NCBI GenBank assembly: GCA_028534125.1
Contig: CM052832.1
Location: 21,826,001 to 21,890,000, forward strand
Length of the DNA: 64,000 nucleotides
Direction: 5' to 3'
Source of the DNA: Lama glama
Taxonomy: Eukaryota
This document shows positions 12,537 through 25,257 of the stretch, one piece after another. The position numbers and the translations under genes are program-made. The notes under the pieces were generated by a model. The model was given only the letters and a program-made list of their open reading frames with translations. It ran no database searches and was not told the origin of the DNA. Each line of letters begins with the position of its first letter. Position 1 is the stretch's first letter.

Positions 12537-12582
12537 GTGTGAATGGATGGATGTGTAGGTAGGTGGATGAATGATGGATAGA
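12497..12582. repeat. (TG)n microsatellite followed by (GATG)n-like tract
   Basis: Direct reading of the sequence. Confidence 0.95.
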
Positions 12583-14259
12583 TATCTTTGAATATCTGAG
12601 AAAGTATTTCTAGATTAGGAAAACCTAGATGTGAAATCTATGCTAAGCTGTCTATTACCCCAACATAAACTCTAAGAAGTAGAAATGTTCATTCAAAGGC
12701 ATACACATCTGGTTATTTCACTTGGCGTTTTTTTCCTGTTTATGAGGAGGCTGGGATGTATCTCATGTGGGTGTCACTCATTTGTCCAGGCATGCATGCG
12801 TACGGCAAACACTGCGCTAGGAGACAGTGGTAAGACAGGTAGAGCTAATTATCTTTTCCTAGAAACTATTCACAGTCTTGGTCCATTTTCTATTAAGATT
12901 TCAAGTCTTCAATTCTTTTCCAACTATGTAGGTTTGGGAATTGTGATGCTTTTTTTACCTTTTTTGATTGGATGCTCGGGAACTGTGTTTTAGACACCAA
13001 ACTGACCCCCTAGGAGTCTAGTTTTCTGAAACCAACTGAGAAAGCTAAGGATGTCAGCAGCCCAGTTTCCAGGCATGTAACTTCTAGACTATACCACTAG
13101 GAAGTAAAAAGCCTCTATACCCTGCACACTTCTGTGTTCCTGTCAACTTTTTCAAGAGTACAAATTCAGAACTGAAAGCCAAAAGTGGGGTGCGGGTGGA
13201 TTAACAGAATTAGCTGTTTGTGATCAACAGCCACACCAAAACCTTCTGGGAAGTATGCAGAGAATGATAAAATGAAATGAACAGGCAGGCGACAAGATAC
13301 CATTTTAGCAGCACATGCAAGCATTTCATTTCAGTAAGTTCTTAGAGTACTTTGGTATAACCTTTCCACTTGGAATCCTTAAAAAAAAAAAAACAACTTA
13401 ATGGAATCAAGAAAATCTGACTTTGGTAGATTGCTGAACATATCCAAAAGAATTGCTGTCTGGCTCTACCACATGGTTCTACCTTTTTTTTTTATTAATA
13501 CCAAGCACATCATTGCACACAAATAATTTTCTTGTAGGAAATGTGAAATACCTTATCAAACAAAAAATCTTTCCATTTAACGTTAACAATATATACAAGG
13601 AAATAACATCTGTTTCCTCAAAACCTTTAGCTATGCAGCCAGAATCACTGCCAAATATCCAAGAGTCTGTGAGGTCACCAATAATTAAATTCAAATAAAA
13701 AAGCCTGTTTCCAATAATGTGATTCAATTACTTAATTATTAAGCACATCTAAATCATGATAGGGAGTGTTTAAGGGACCACAGTTAAGAGAAAGAAATGT
13801 GCTTTGCACTCTACAAGCTTATGGTTTACGATGGATGAGCCATAAAAGAACACAACACAGCATCAAGTAAAGTGCTCTTAAGTGACAGAAAGATGTACAG
13901 GCAACACACCATGGAGGGAAAAAGAATATGCACACAGAATAAGACAGTAAAAAAAATTCATGAAAAATTTTGGGAGGATTTTAACAGACAGGAGTTGAAA
14001 ATGGGTGAAAACGATGGCAGAGAAAGCTCCAGGCAGTTGTTACAGGATGGACAAAGACAAGAAGGGAGGAAGCTGAGAGAAAGTATTTCATCACAGAAAG
14101 AATTTCTGTATAAGGGAGACTAATAAGGCTCATACAGGGGAAGAAGCCTGATGAAGAAAGGCTCGACAGGTCTAACTTAGCAGGCAGTGGGGAGATTGCC
14201 TGTGTTGGCGGCACAATGGACATAGAGTGGAGCCAAACTCTGACAACAGGACCCCAGTG

Positions 14260-14330
14260 TGTGCTGTACACCAGAAACTGACACAACACTGTAAACTGAC
14301 TATACCTCAAATTAAAAAAAAAAAAAAAAA
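14260..14330 (+). mobile_element. Very short L1 3' end insertion
   Basis: tgtgctgtacaccagaaactgacacaacactgtaaactgactatacctcaa plus poly(A); TSD aggaccc(ca/tg)gtg at 14248-14259 and 14333-14344. Confidence 0.9.
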
Positions 14331-14545
14331 GAAGGACCCTGGTGGCAAGGTGTGAAATGAAATATCCAGGAAAAGAAGCCAACACGTGGGAAAATTCATT
14401 TAATATCCTAGGCAAAAGGATGTGAGGAGGTGAACATATGTGGAGGATCAAAAAAGAAGTTAAAAAGAGATGAGTATTCTTGCTAGAATACACTCGGCAA
14501 ACACCAAGATGAATCAAAAGTGATGCCAAGGTTCTGAGCCTAAGA

Positions 14546-14765
14546 CAGGGATTAACAGTTTCTATAAAGGACCAGAGAGTAAATTACTTCAGGCTTGAGT
14601 GATCACAGGTCTCTGGGATCTGTGATGAAGAACTCTGCCACCTTAGAGCAAAAAGCAGGCATATACTAAAACAAATGGGTGTGTGTCTGTTCCAATAAAA
14701 CTTTCTTTAAAATAAGCAAACTGCAGGTCAGATTTGGCCCAAAGGCCAGAGGTTGTGCATCCCCA
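14546..14765 (+). mobile_element. MER58A-like hAT-Charlie MITE
   Basis: caggg...tttctataaaggaccagagagtaaat...gttccaataaaactt...gatttggccc; degenerate 8-bp TSD gcctaaga / ggctaagg. Confidence 0.85.
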
Positions 14766-17700
14766 GGCTAAGGAAAGAAAAGAATACTGGTGCCACTAGC
14801 TGTCAGGAGAAGCTGGTCAAGTACTGGGATAGCAGGAAATTAAAACGGAACCTCAGGTTTAGTGTGTCCTGCTAATACCCATCAAGTCTCCGGACATGCA
14901 GGTAAACTGGCTGGGAATAAAGCTGGAGGTAGAGTTTAGAAATGTATTCCAAAGTGACAGCTGGTGAAAGTGAACGCAACAGTCCCCAAGGGTGTGGAGA
15001 GGAGCCAACTGAATACAAAACTTTAAGGTTCTTTAGCAATGTAGAAACACTCCCACAGGACAAAAAATATTAGTGTGGAAAACAAAAAGGTATTGATGCC
15101 ACCAAGAGCATACAGTAACCATGGCTGGCACTTGTGTGCACTTTGTCAAGGTCACCATTAAGGAGTGGGTTATGTAATATATTTGGAAACAGCACAGCCA
15201 ATATGCAACAACCCAGGGAAAATGTTCTGGTGACATTATCAACACTAGATCAGGTCACAAAACAACAGTCCAAGGCCAAATTTTATGGAGTAAGCAGAAC
15301 ACCAGAAAATTAAGAGGAGAAGTTCAAAATAGAGATGCTTAAGTAATTTGTTTAAAATATTATTTCCTGTTTTTATTGAATTTGGCTTTAAAATGCTAGG
15401 GGAGACCAGAACCAGACTCCAAGCCCAAAATCAGACCCCAACTGTGGAATTTTCATGCCACACTGTATGTGACCAAATCAAGACACAAAATTTTAACACA
15501 ATTTCTCAAAGAGTATTCTTGTTCTAAACATTCCCTTCTCATATCCTGTTCTTTTAGTTCAGTGAGCTTTGTTCAGGTTCATAGGCCTGAAATAAAGCCT
15601 GAAAAAATTTTTCTTTAGAAATGTACCCAGCACAGACATTTTTTTTAAAGCCTTATCCTTCAAAATATGAATGCTGGTAAGAATAATACCTTAAGAAATT
15701 TTCAAATACTTTGAATTTGAAGTCTTCATTTTAGATAGCCTTGAAATATCAATTAGAATGAAAGTGGAATATAAAGTTAATCCAATATCATCACTCACAT
15801 TTTCCTGAAACTTAGTTCTAAATTAAACAGAGATGTACCCTTGTCTCTATACTTGAATAATACAGAAAACATACGGAAACCTTTCCCTCTTTTCTGTGAA
15901 GCACCAAAAGAAATAATTTGTACAGAATTTTAAAATTCACAGCATCTGAGAAAACACAAAAACATAGAGTGATATCATTCCCTTATTTCACAACTGAGAA
16001 AACTGAGATTCAAGAGGACACAATGATCAAGACCCCAAGTCCCACACTTCGTGGAGCTAGTGCTGGAGCTGGATGAGCATCCAGCATCTCCTGGGTCCTT
16101 GAAAACAATGTTTCAGAACATAAATCAAACTTGAGCTTTGACTGTGTGATAAACATTGGAGCAAACACTTCTTGATTAAAACAGCACAGAAATTTACAGA
16201 GATTATAATATATTGAATGTCTTCAAAGTAGAAACACAACTTAATACTTGATAGTCCCTGTTTTTCTGAGTCTTACAAACAAATAGTCTAATCAAAGTTT
16301 AATAAATCCATAGATATATCAAGAAAAATACAGTTTTCTACAAGTAGCAGATAAGGAGGAAATGTTGCTTCTTCTCCATGTTCATTTCTCTTACTCCTTA
16401 TACCCTTCCTGCAAATTGATATTTAGTCTATATAAAATACTCATAATGTCATCTAAGTCTTTAACCAAAATTTTCTTGAATGAAAAACTATTTTTAAACA
16501 TCTACCTGTTTTTAAAATTTCTAATGTACATTGATAACACTCTTAAAAAACTCTTAGAGCAACACTGAAAAGAGAGAGGGTCAATTAATCTGCTTCTGTG
16601 CCAAGGAAGCACTCTTGACTACTCTGCATGTCGGTACTGTCTACATTCAAATATTCAAGCGGATACTAACCCCAGTATTTATGCGCAGGCATGTAGCCCT
16701 GTGAAACTCATAAAAACATCTTAGCGAACAATCTAAGATAAAACAAATAAGGATCTATGTCTGCAATATATTTCAATAACCATGATGCCCTTTCTAAATT
16801 TTAGAACAATCTTCAAGGAGGAAAGAGTTTGCAGCTACCATACAACTGTCTCCAGATATGACCATTGTAAGCACTTGGAGAGTTAGGCTTAGAGCTGCCC
16901 AAAGTTAAAACTAAAATTACTCTGAGTCTTGATGGGATTTATCAATCCAAAAAGAAAAAATCATCTAAACAGATGTATTCAAATACGTAACTGGGGATTT
17001 CTGGAGACATTTCATATCCAAAATAACTGGGGTATAATCTCATGACAAAATTTTTTCTAACCAATAAAGCTAAAACTTTCATTGCACATTTTATGCCCTG
17101 TGAGAAGAAACAATGCCACCATAAAGGGCATGGTCTTCACTACACCTAGAAGAGAGGAGTCCAAAGGGTAAAAGTTTCTCAACACTTAAAACAATGGCAA
17201 ACAAAGTAGGCGCCTGAGGCAGGTCATCATAGCAGTTAATCCTTTTAGACACGGCAGTCATTTCTGTAAAGTGAATCTGGACGTTAACAAGCTACCATTC
17301 CCTGATGAACTGGCCATGTAAAGCCAGTCAAGAAACTCCCAATGAGTCCAGGTTCCACAGGTTTCCTTTACTGTACTTACTGCCAGTACAAGTCCCTGGG
17401 TTCGCCTGCAAGAACTAGTATTTATTAAGAGGTCAATAATCCAGCATTTCATTTGGTCATTTCTACCATTCAGTCACTCACATGCCAGACACAAGGAAAC
17501 ACAAAAATTAGAAGCTACTCACTGCTCTGTAGGGGTTCACGATCTAGTGAGAAGACAAAGAAATGGGCCTTCAAACCCAGGTCCCTGCAGGAAGGAAGAG
17601 CAGAGATCTGGAGTAGCAGGGGTTGCTGAGAGCGGCCCTGTGGTTCTGGAGAAGCAGCAGCACCCGGGTCAACAGGGGCACCCAGCTATGGGGGAGAGGC

Positions 17701-18779
17701 GGCTTCTCTGAACGCAGGGCTGTAGGACCCTGACTCCTAATGACATCCCTGAGGGATCAGGTCAGGGACACAGGGGAGGCTGAGCAAGGGGGACCAGATC
17801 TTCCTCTCCACCTTCTCCTACACATCCTCTTACTGCACTTTCATCTGCTCCATGCATCAAGAGTCTGGAAGACTTTGAAGATTTTCTGTTTCTGTGACTT
17901 CCATTTAAGAAAGAAAAACGAATTGAGCATGGACTTTTTTCTTCTCAGCCTCACTGAAGTATAATCACCAAGGACATAGACTTTTGTGAAGACGTTAACA
18001 GTGTAAGGAAAGCTGGTTCATTATAGAAAAGGGAATTTCAATAAGAAGTTTAAAAAGTTAAAAAAAAAAAAGCTACAGGGGAAAAGTGATGGGAGAAGTG
18101 GAGGAAACCAAAGACTGGAGAAATGCGAGGAGCAAATGGAAGTATCTCCTGCAGAGACCAGAAAACCAGTGACTGGGGCTCGCACGGCTGGGTAGAGGAC
18201 AAGAAACATAGTAATAAAGCATGAGGTGGGCCCAAGTAGCCTCAAAGTGTAGAGGATCAGAGTGATTCCTTACGTTACAGAAAGATGCTTCCCTGTGAAT
18301 CCTGTCATACTGGCTGCTAAAAGCAACTCTTCCTGGAAGTCAGGAAATTAGCATTTCCCCAGATTGTGGGAGAGCAGGGGCAGGAAATCCTTGTGATTCT
18401 GGGGGGCTGGCTGCTGTTGACCACAGTCACACGTGCTTCCAGGAGATACTGAATATGTGAGACATTTATGATGAATTTGATCCTTGAGTCCATTTAACTC
18501 TAGGAAAATCTACAAAAATCAAGTTTCTGAACCTGTAAAATGAAGGCTCATACCCTGAAAAATATTGATGACACCTATTTATGTCACCTGGAAAGCCAGC
18601 CTGACATGACATGTTTCCATTTCTCTAAAATTGAAACCCCCAATGATACAAAACAGTAAAGCATATATTCTATCTTGTTTCTAAAGCTGGTGGCTTAAAA
18701 GTTTTATCAGAAGTGTTAAAGGCCATAGGTTTATTCACTGATTCAGAAATTTGGCATCAAGACACCTGTGCAAGACACC

Positions 18780-19580
18780 CTTCCAACTACTGTTTCCGCA
18801 AATCTTGGAATTATTCTCAATCCATCTTGTCCTCTCACTCTCAATCCATCAGCAAATCCCACTGACCTTCAGAAGAATCCACTTTCCAACCACTTTTCCT
18901 CACCTGCACGTCCACCACCCTGGTCCAACCCACTAACATTTTCTCCCCTTCCACTTTTGCTCCCTTGTGGTTTGGTCCCCACACAGTAGAATGATGATTT
19001 TAAAATGAAAGCTGGAACAAAGCACCCTCTCCCCTAAATCTTCTCATAGTTCACTGCCCTACAAAGATTAAAAGTCAAAGTTCTTAAAACTGGTCTACAA
19101 GGTTCTATACTGCCTGCCACCCCTCCCTCCTTCACCTCATGAAACTCCTACTCCTCCCTCACTCACTCTGTTCCGGCTGCAACAGGCCTTCTAAGTGTTT
19201 CGGGAAGATGTCATGTGGGCGCTCACATGAGGCCTCTGCATTTGCTGTTTCCTCCACTGACACATTTGACGCCCAGACGTCCATGCGGTGCACTGCCCTT
19301 CATCCGCCAGGGCTGGGCTCGTAGGTCATCTTCACACTGCGTTTACAACTGCGTTTAAAGACCACAACAGCACCATCGGTCCCTTCACTGGCTTACTCCT
19401 TCTTCACACCGCCTCTCACCTCCTCCTGTACCTTATGCCTTGATGTTTTTCGTAGTCTACCCCCATTCACCTCCCCAGTGTGAACTTCCTAAGGACAGGG
19501 ATGGTGGTGTGTGTTCTGGTTCACAGAGACATTCCTGGACACAGAACAGAGCCTGGAATACTGTGGGTGCAAAAACTGGG
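18780..19580 (+). mobile_element. L2 3' region
   Basis: aatcttggaattattctcaa...atccatcagcaaatcc...ggcctctgcatttgctgtttcctc...cacagaacagagcctggaatac. Confidence 0.8.
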
Positions 19581-19639
19581 GAGAGGGACACTCAAAGTGA
19601 AGTAAATGAGTTCTAGCACAGGCATACAAAGGAACTGCA

Positions 19640-19910
19640 TAGTCAGTCGAGAAACAGGGCAGCAAAGTGATGGAGGGCACGACTCCGGAGCTAGACCACC
19701 CGGCTTCTCATGCTGGCCCCGCTACTTACTAGGCAACAACAGGTGAATTACTTAACCTCCCCATGATTTTGAGTCTCCATTTAACAGAAGTTTCTACCTC
19801 ATGGAGTTGTTGTGACGGTTAAGTGAGTTACTTTTTATTGATTCACTGATTGATGAAAACGATTTTTTAAAGTGCTGACAAATAGTAAAAACTTCATAAA
19901 TGTTCACTGT
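19640..19910 (+). mobile_element. MIR SINE
   Basis: gactccggagctagacc...ttacttaacctc...tacctcatggagttgttgtgacggttaagtgag. Confidence 0.8.
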
Positions 19911-20699
19911 CATTTAAGAGAATGATGGAGACACACGAGGGCTGCCATGGAGAAATGTCCACAATATACGGTTACGAGAAAACACCAAGTTATAGAACAA
20001 GGTATAAGTTACATCCCATTTCCATAAAGAAGGTATCAAGAAGCCATATGCACAGAATAAATCTGGAAAGGAAACATCCTGAAGTCTAAATAAGTTAACC
20101 CTGTTGAATAAGGAATTAAAAATATAAAAAAGATACTCATAACATGGTTCTTAGAAGTTAGACACCCAAACAGCACAAAGGAAAGGACTCCCCGGCAGCT
20201 GCAGTAACACACCCCGACCAGCACCCAGAGATGAAGCCCCATCTAAGAGGACGTGTGCGCCATACTCTTCCCCACAGACATTCCTAAAGTACTTTAGGTA
20301 GCCTCAAAGAGCTCCCCAACACTCCGAGATCTCCTCTTAGATAGCAAGGCTGCCCAACTGAACAGATTTTTTCCAGGTGGTCACTATTTCCTGTAACATC
20401 CCTTAGAAGTGGCCATGTGGCTTCTGCTTTACTTCCTCAGGAGGGGAATTCATTACTTCAAAATCTGTTTTTGCTGTATGTCCTTCTTATTAAACTCTAC
20501 CTCTAGATAACTTGCACTTACTCATTCAGATTTGCCTTCTTTCACCTCCCAAAGCTTTAACCCCTACACACTAGCCTACATCCCAGTCAAAAAACTACGT
20601 AGGAAATGTTTCTAAAATACATGGCATGCTTGCATTTCTTATTACACGAAATATAGTGAACCTAATTGAACCTGTCGTTGATTGCCTCAGATCATCATT

Positions 20700-20880
20700 G
20701 TAGATATAGAATTTCACATTTGTAAGAGACATCCAAAATTTTCTGGCCCTGTCATTTCATTTATAAAACAGGAAACTGAGGACCAGAAAGATTAAATAGC
20801 TTGCCTGAGGTCAAAGTAAAGACAGTACTGGCAGTCATCCATCACTGACCTTTGCCTTCCTTGATATAATGATGTCCTAA
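20700..20880 (-). mobile_element. MIR SINE
   Basis: cattttataaaacaggaaactgaggaccagaaagattaaatagcttgcctgaggtca. Confidence 0.75.
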
Positions 20881-21360
20881 GCCAGAGGTCACCAAGATCC
20901 AGAAGGTTATGTGGCCCCATAGTAAGTAATCTCAGTAAGCCACATATATTGATTCTTTTCTTTCTTTTGTGTCGGCTATTACTTCTCAATATGTCATTTC
21001 TAACCTGTCTCCTCAGTCTACTGCCACCATTTCTAACTGCCATGCTATGAATCTATAAAAATTTCTAAGTAAATAATGACAATGAAAAACTTCATTTTAT
21101 ATACAATTTTCACAAATTCTTTAAAGAAATATTTTGTGCCTTTTATGTGTACAATATACGCTTAGAGGCCCGTTTTAATACCAAGAGCAATCTGTCTTCA
21201 AGGAATATACATGAAGTTGAAGACAAAAAATTTTTTTTGAAATATGCAAATTGAAAAATACAAATGAACATTTTACTTACAAGGTTAGTACGTTAATAAG
21301 TACGAATAAATTTACAACCAATGGCCACAAAACTTTTACCAAGGTATCCACCAGTTAACA

Positions 21361-21377
21361 AGAGAGAGAGAGAGAGA
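21361..21377. repeat. (AG)n microsatellite
   Basis: Direct reading of the sequence. Confidence 0.9.
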
Positions 21378-21624
21378 AAGATGTACCCCAAATACCTAAA
21401 TGCATACAACTGAATATAAATAATACACATGGAGTACTATACTAATATATTACAAGCATGATAAAATATATCTTAATATTAGGACTTTTAAAATGAAATA
21501 CTGCAAATAACTTTACTGTTCTGAGTTCAAATGAGAGGAATTACTGCAGGGTCAAATAAAGAATCAGGTGGCCTCATAAAATTTGGTGTAATGTTATCCA
21601 TCACTCAGAACCTTCTTTTTTCAT

Positions 21625-22128
21625 TGAAGGAGACCAGAACATGCACCCCAAAATATGTCACTTTGCCAAAGGAATTATTTTGAGCTGAAGGCAATTAAGA
21701 AACAGCAGACTCAGGAAAAATGCTCTCTCCCCAGTACCATTTGGCTAAAAGCAGGACATAAATTTCCATTTGTACAAGTGTCTCCCTCGCCAGTACAAGA
21801 ACTACTCCAGAGACAGCTCTTATCACAGGACCTTTTCCTGTGTAACAAAACATACTGAACAATCACATATTCCCTCATCCCTTTCCATAATTTACACCTC
21901 CCCAAGAAGCCCCCAACCCCCTTCTCCTTTGTCTGAAGTCTTCTCCACTCTTTACCCCCTGTGTTAAGATAGTATACAATCCCCAAACTCTAATTCCTGC
22001 ATACTTACATAACCAAATCTGTCTGTTTTGGTTTTTTCCTGTTAATCTGTCTTTTATCACTTTTCCCAGGTCCCAGTTGCCAAAACTAAGAGGGTACATA
22101 TGCAAAGGTTTCCTCTTCCTACCCTAAA
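21625..22128 (+). mobile_element. ERV1 solo LTR (MER34 family)
   Basis: TGaaggagaccagaacatgcaccccaaaatatgtcactttg...attattttgagctgaaggcaatt start, ttcctgttaatctgtctttt near the end; exact 4-bp TSD tcat at 21621-21624 and 22129-22132. Confidence 0.9.
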
Positions 22129-22259
22129 TCATGAAGTTTAAAGTTCAATCACATTTTTGTGTAACCTCAAGGTCTAAGGCAAAGTAAGATAAGTGAGACT
22201 CACAAAAACCAGACCACTGTATATATGATACCTAACTGCATTTAAAACTTGCACAGCAC

Positions 22260-22337
22260 ACTATATTCAATTTCTTGTAATAACATATAATGGAAAAAAT
22301 TGTAAATCAACTACATTTCATAAGAAATTAAAAAAAA
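22260..22337 (+). mobile_element. Very short L1 3' end insertion with internal deletion
   Basis: actatattcaatttcttgtaataacatataatggaaaa joined to attgtaaatcaactac plus poly(A); 16-bp TSD aa(a/g)acttgcacagcac at 22244-22259 and 22338-22353, at a TT|AAAA site. Confidence 0.9.
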
Positions 22338-25257
22338 AAGACTTGCACAGCACTTAGTACTTAAACCAATCATTTCCTTCCTGATAAGCTAATTAAGGCA
22401 AGTAAGTGAAACACTCCTTCCTTAAAAGAATTCACATAAAAAATAACTTGAAGTATATGACATGTATATTCTTATTATGGAGAATATCCCCATAAAATGA
22501 AAAGCAAATCTGTACTTAGTTCACCTCCCCTAAGATCAATATCCCCGTTCGTCTACTCATAGCGAACACTTTAGAAGGTAATGTCCTTCAAGAAAGGAAA
22601 GGAACAAAGAAAGAAAAGGAAATGAATTTTTTTAATGAAACTCAAAAGTATAGCAGTATATAGGAAGACCTTAATAACGCGACATTGAGATGCCCTGATC
22701 AGCTGTTACATTTATTCAGTTCACCATCCAATTTGCACATCTCTTTATAGTTTACTCTAATTATCACATTCACCAATGAAAGATCAAAATTAAATTAAGA
22801 CATGAAACCATACTACAAGGAAGGAATGAGGGAAATTTAAAGTCCCAGTTCCAAGGAAAAACTGGATTAAAGGGATAAAAGTTCTGAAAGAAAATGCATA
22901 CTTGGTCTTATTTAGAGTTCCAGCCTGAATACGATTTGAGCTAGAGTACTATTAGATCCCAATCTGGTTTCTGGTAAGAGGCCCAGGCAAATTTAAAATT
23001 TAGAATTAGCTACATAATCTGAATAAAAAGCTGTTGTTGTGAAAACTTTAAAAAGGTTCCTAAACAAAATTTTTAAAGTTTTTTACATTGTTTTTAAAGT
23101 CATTTCTCCAAAAAAATAAAATAATAAAATAAAATAAAGTCACTTTTCCAAAGAGGCATTAGTTAATGGAAAAACTGATCCTTTGGAGGAATAACAGAAA
23201 AGTGTTCTGTTATTTAAAATAATACAGTAAGAAGTGACCAAGTGAGAGACACTTGGTCCTGGAAAAGGTACGAGTCTACAGGAGCTGTCTCTCTGGCTAA
23301 CTTCCGTGGTCATGGAACCCTTACCTACTGGAGCAAGGCAAAAGATGAGAGTAAGTTAAACTGCCTTAACTGGTCGTCAGCAAGCTCTAACCTCTGCATG
23401 ATCAAGACGTATTACTGGAGAGGAAAGAGGCAGAGAGTATCAGTATTCTAGGGTGCTATTTAAAAAACTCACTTTAATGTACTCTAGTTGAACCAGCGAA
23501 TTCAGAATAAATCACTGTTCTAAATTATCAGTACTATTCTTACGGCAAATGACTTGACGGTGCTCAGCACTGATTTACAGTGCTGCAGCTCTTTCATCTC
23601 TTCCCTACAAGACTGCAAGCTCCTCGAGAGCAATGCCTCGTTAAAATTCACTTTACACACAGTACATTTTTAAGAAGCCTCTTGCAATTTAGTAAGTGAA
23701 AGAAAAAGTAATACCAGGAGATAACACTAAAATCAATCATTAACTAAAGCTGTGATTGACAGCCATGCTTACATCTCTTAAAATTTATAAGCCCACCATC
23801 AAATAAGAATCTTTTTTCGTCGTCAGAAATACAGATAATCCAATCGGAGGAACTACATTTGATTTCTATTAACACTATTTATCTACATTTGAATTTTCAT
23901 CAAAGGATTTTCACTCTTATAAATAAATAAACAGTTTATAAGAGTTGCTATGTAGCAACTATAAAATATTTGGTGTAAAAAATTATATACAGTAAGGATG
24001 AAGAGAACGATTTGGTTTGCTTTAACTGTATAATCCTATTAATTATTTTCACTTTATCTGTACAAACAAAGCATGTCATTCTTGGGATGCTTTTCGTAAT
24101 TATTAAGGCTAGCTGACATTTATGGTTAATTTAAAAGCTCCATTTCCCTCTGGAGATTTTCCTCTGTATTCTACTGAAATTAATCAATTAATTGGTCCTT
24201 TAAATAACTGTATGTTTTACTAATGCACAGAAGTAAGTATACACATACATATATATATTACATGTAATATATATATATATGAAAGAGAGAGGGGACCATC
24301 ACTATTAGACTGATGTCCCTCATTTTTATCTCAGAACTAATAAGCAAGATACTATGTATTATCTGTATTTTTATACATGAAAATAAAACTAGACTGTTAT
24401 GGCCACATAAATATTATAAAAAATTCTAAAGTTGAAGCTAGAAATAAAGGAAATGGGACTTGAAAGAAACAAGAATTATACTCAGAACTGCTGTAGAGGA
24501 GCCTGTTTAACTGGAACCACAGCAGCTGCTGTCACTGGTGCCTTATTTAAAATAAAAAATAGGCCTGGGAATTTACTATATTCTAACTCCTGCTAGAAGG
24601 GAAAGCCCAATTATGTACTTTGATTCCAGCAGAGTGCTGAGATGAACAAACGAAGAGAAACACCTACCTCTGTGTCTTTCCAAAATTTCGGAGAATATAT
24701 GTAACATTTTTATATACATAATGTTACATATAACATTTACATATTTTAATATATATAAGCTTATCATATATGTATATACACACATACATAAACATAAATG
24801 ATAGTGAATCCATGGCATTGATGGAAAACTGGGGAAGGGACCACGAGCAACCCAAATCATGACATGATTCGTGTAAAATGTTTTTTAACATGTGATTTTC
24901 CCCAAAAAAACCTATAGCTCAAAGGTGAAAGGAGTGGAGAAAAGCTGACCTCTCTGACTAGAGATGAACAATGGTTTGAGTCCCCCTCCCCTCAGCCATC
25001 GGCTGCCAGAGTTCCCTACAAGTTACGGCCTCGAGTACAGATCTCAATGGTAGAAAAGTAGGTCTTCTATGTGGCCCTGTAAGTGCCGGCACTACCACCG
25101 GGTAAGCAGAACAGTGCCACCAAGGGACTTAAAGACACCACAGGCCCACAATAACCACTCTTGAAAGAATAGCAACCCCCATATTCTCAAGGGGAAGCCA
25201 AGCCTCAGTCAACTGTGATCCTGTCATCCTTTCCATCACCCCCTAAGCAAACGGGTC

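Larger units (their letters stand above)
13730..15060 (-). mobile_element. Degraded L2, interrupted by a short L1 and MER58A
   Basis: Antisense L2 motifs such as gatgccaaggttctgagcct, tggtgccactag and gtctccggacatgcaggt. Confidence 0.5.

Noticed and set aside
13981..14529. 182-aa minus-strand ORF
   Set aside because: Runs through L2 remnants and an L1 poly(A) tail, which gives the poly-Phe run.
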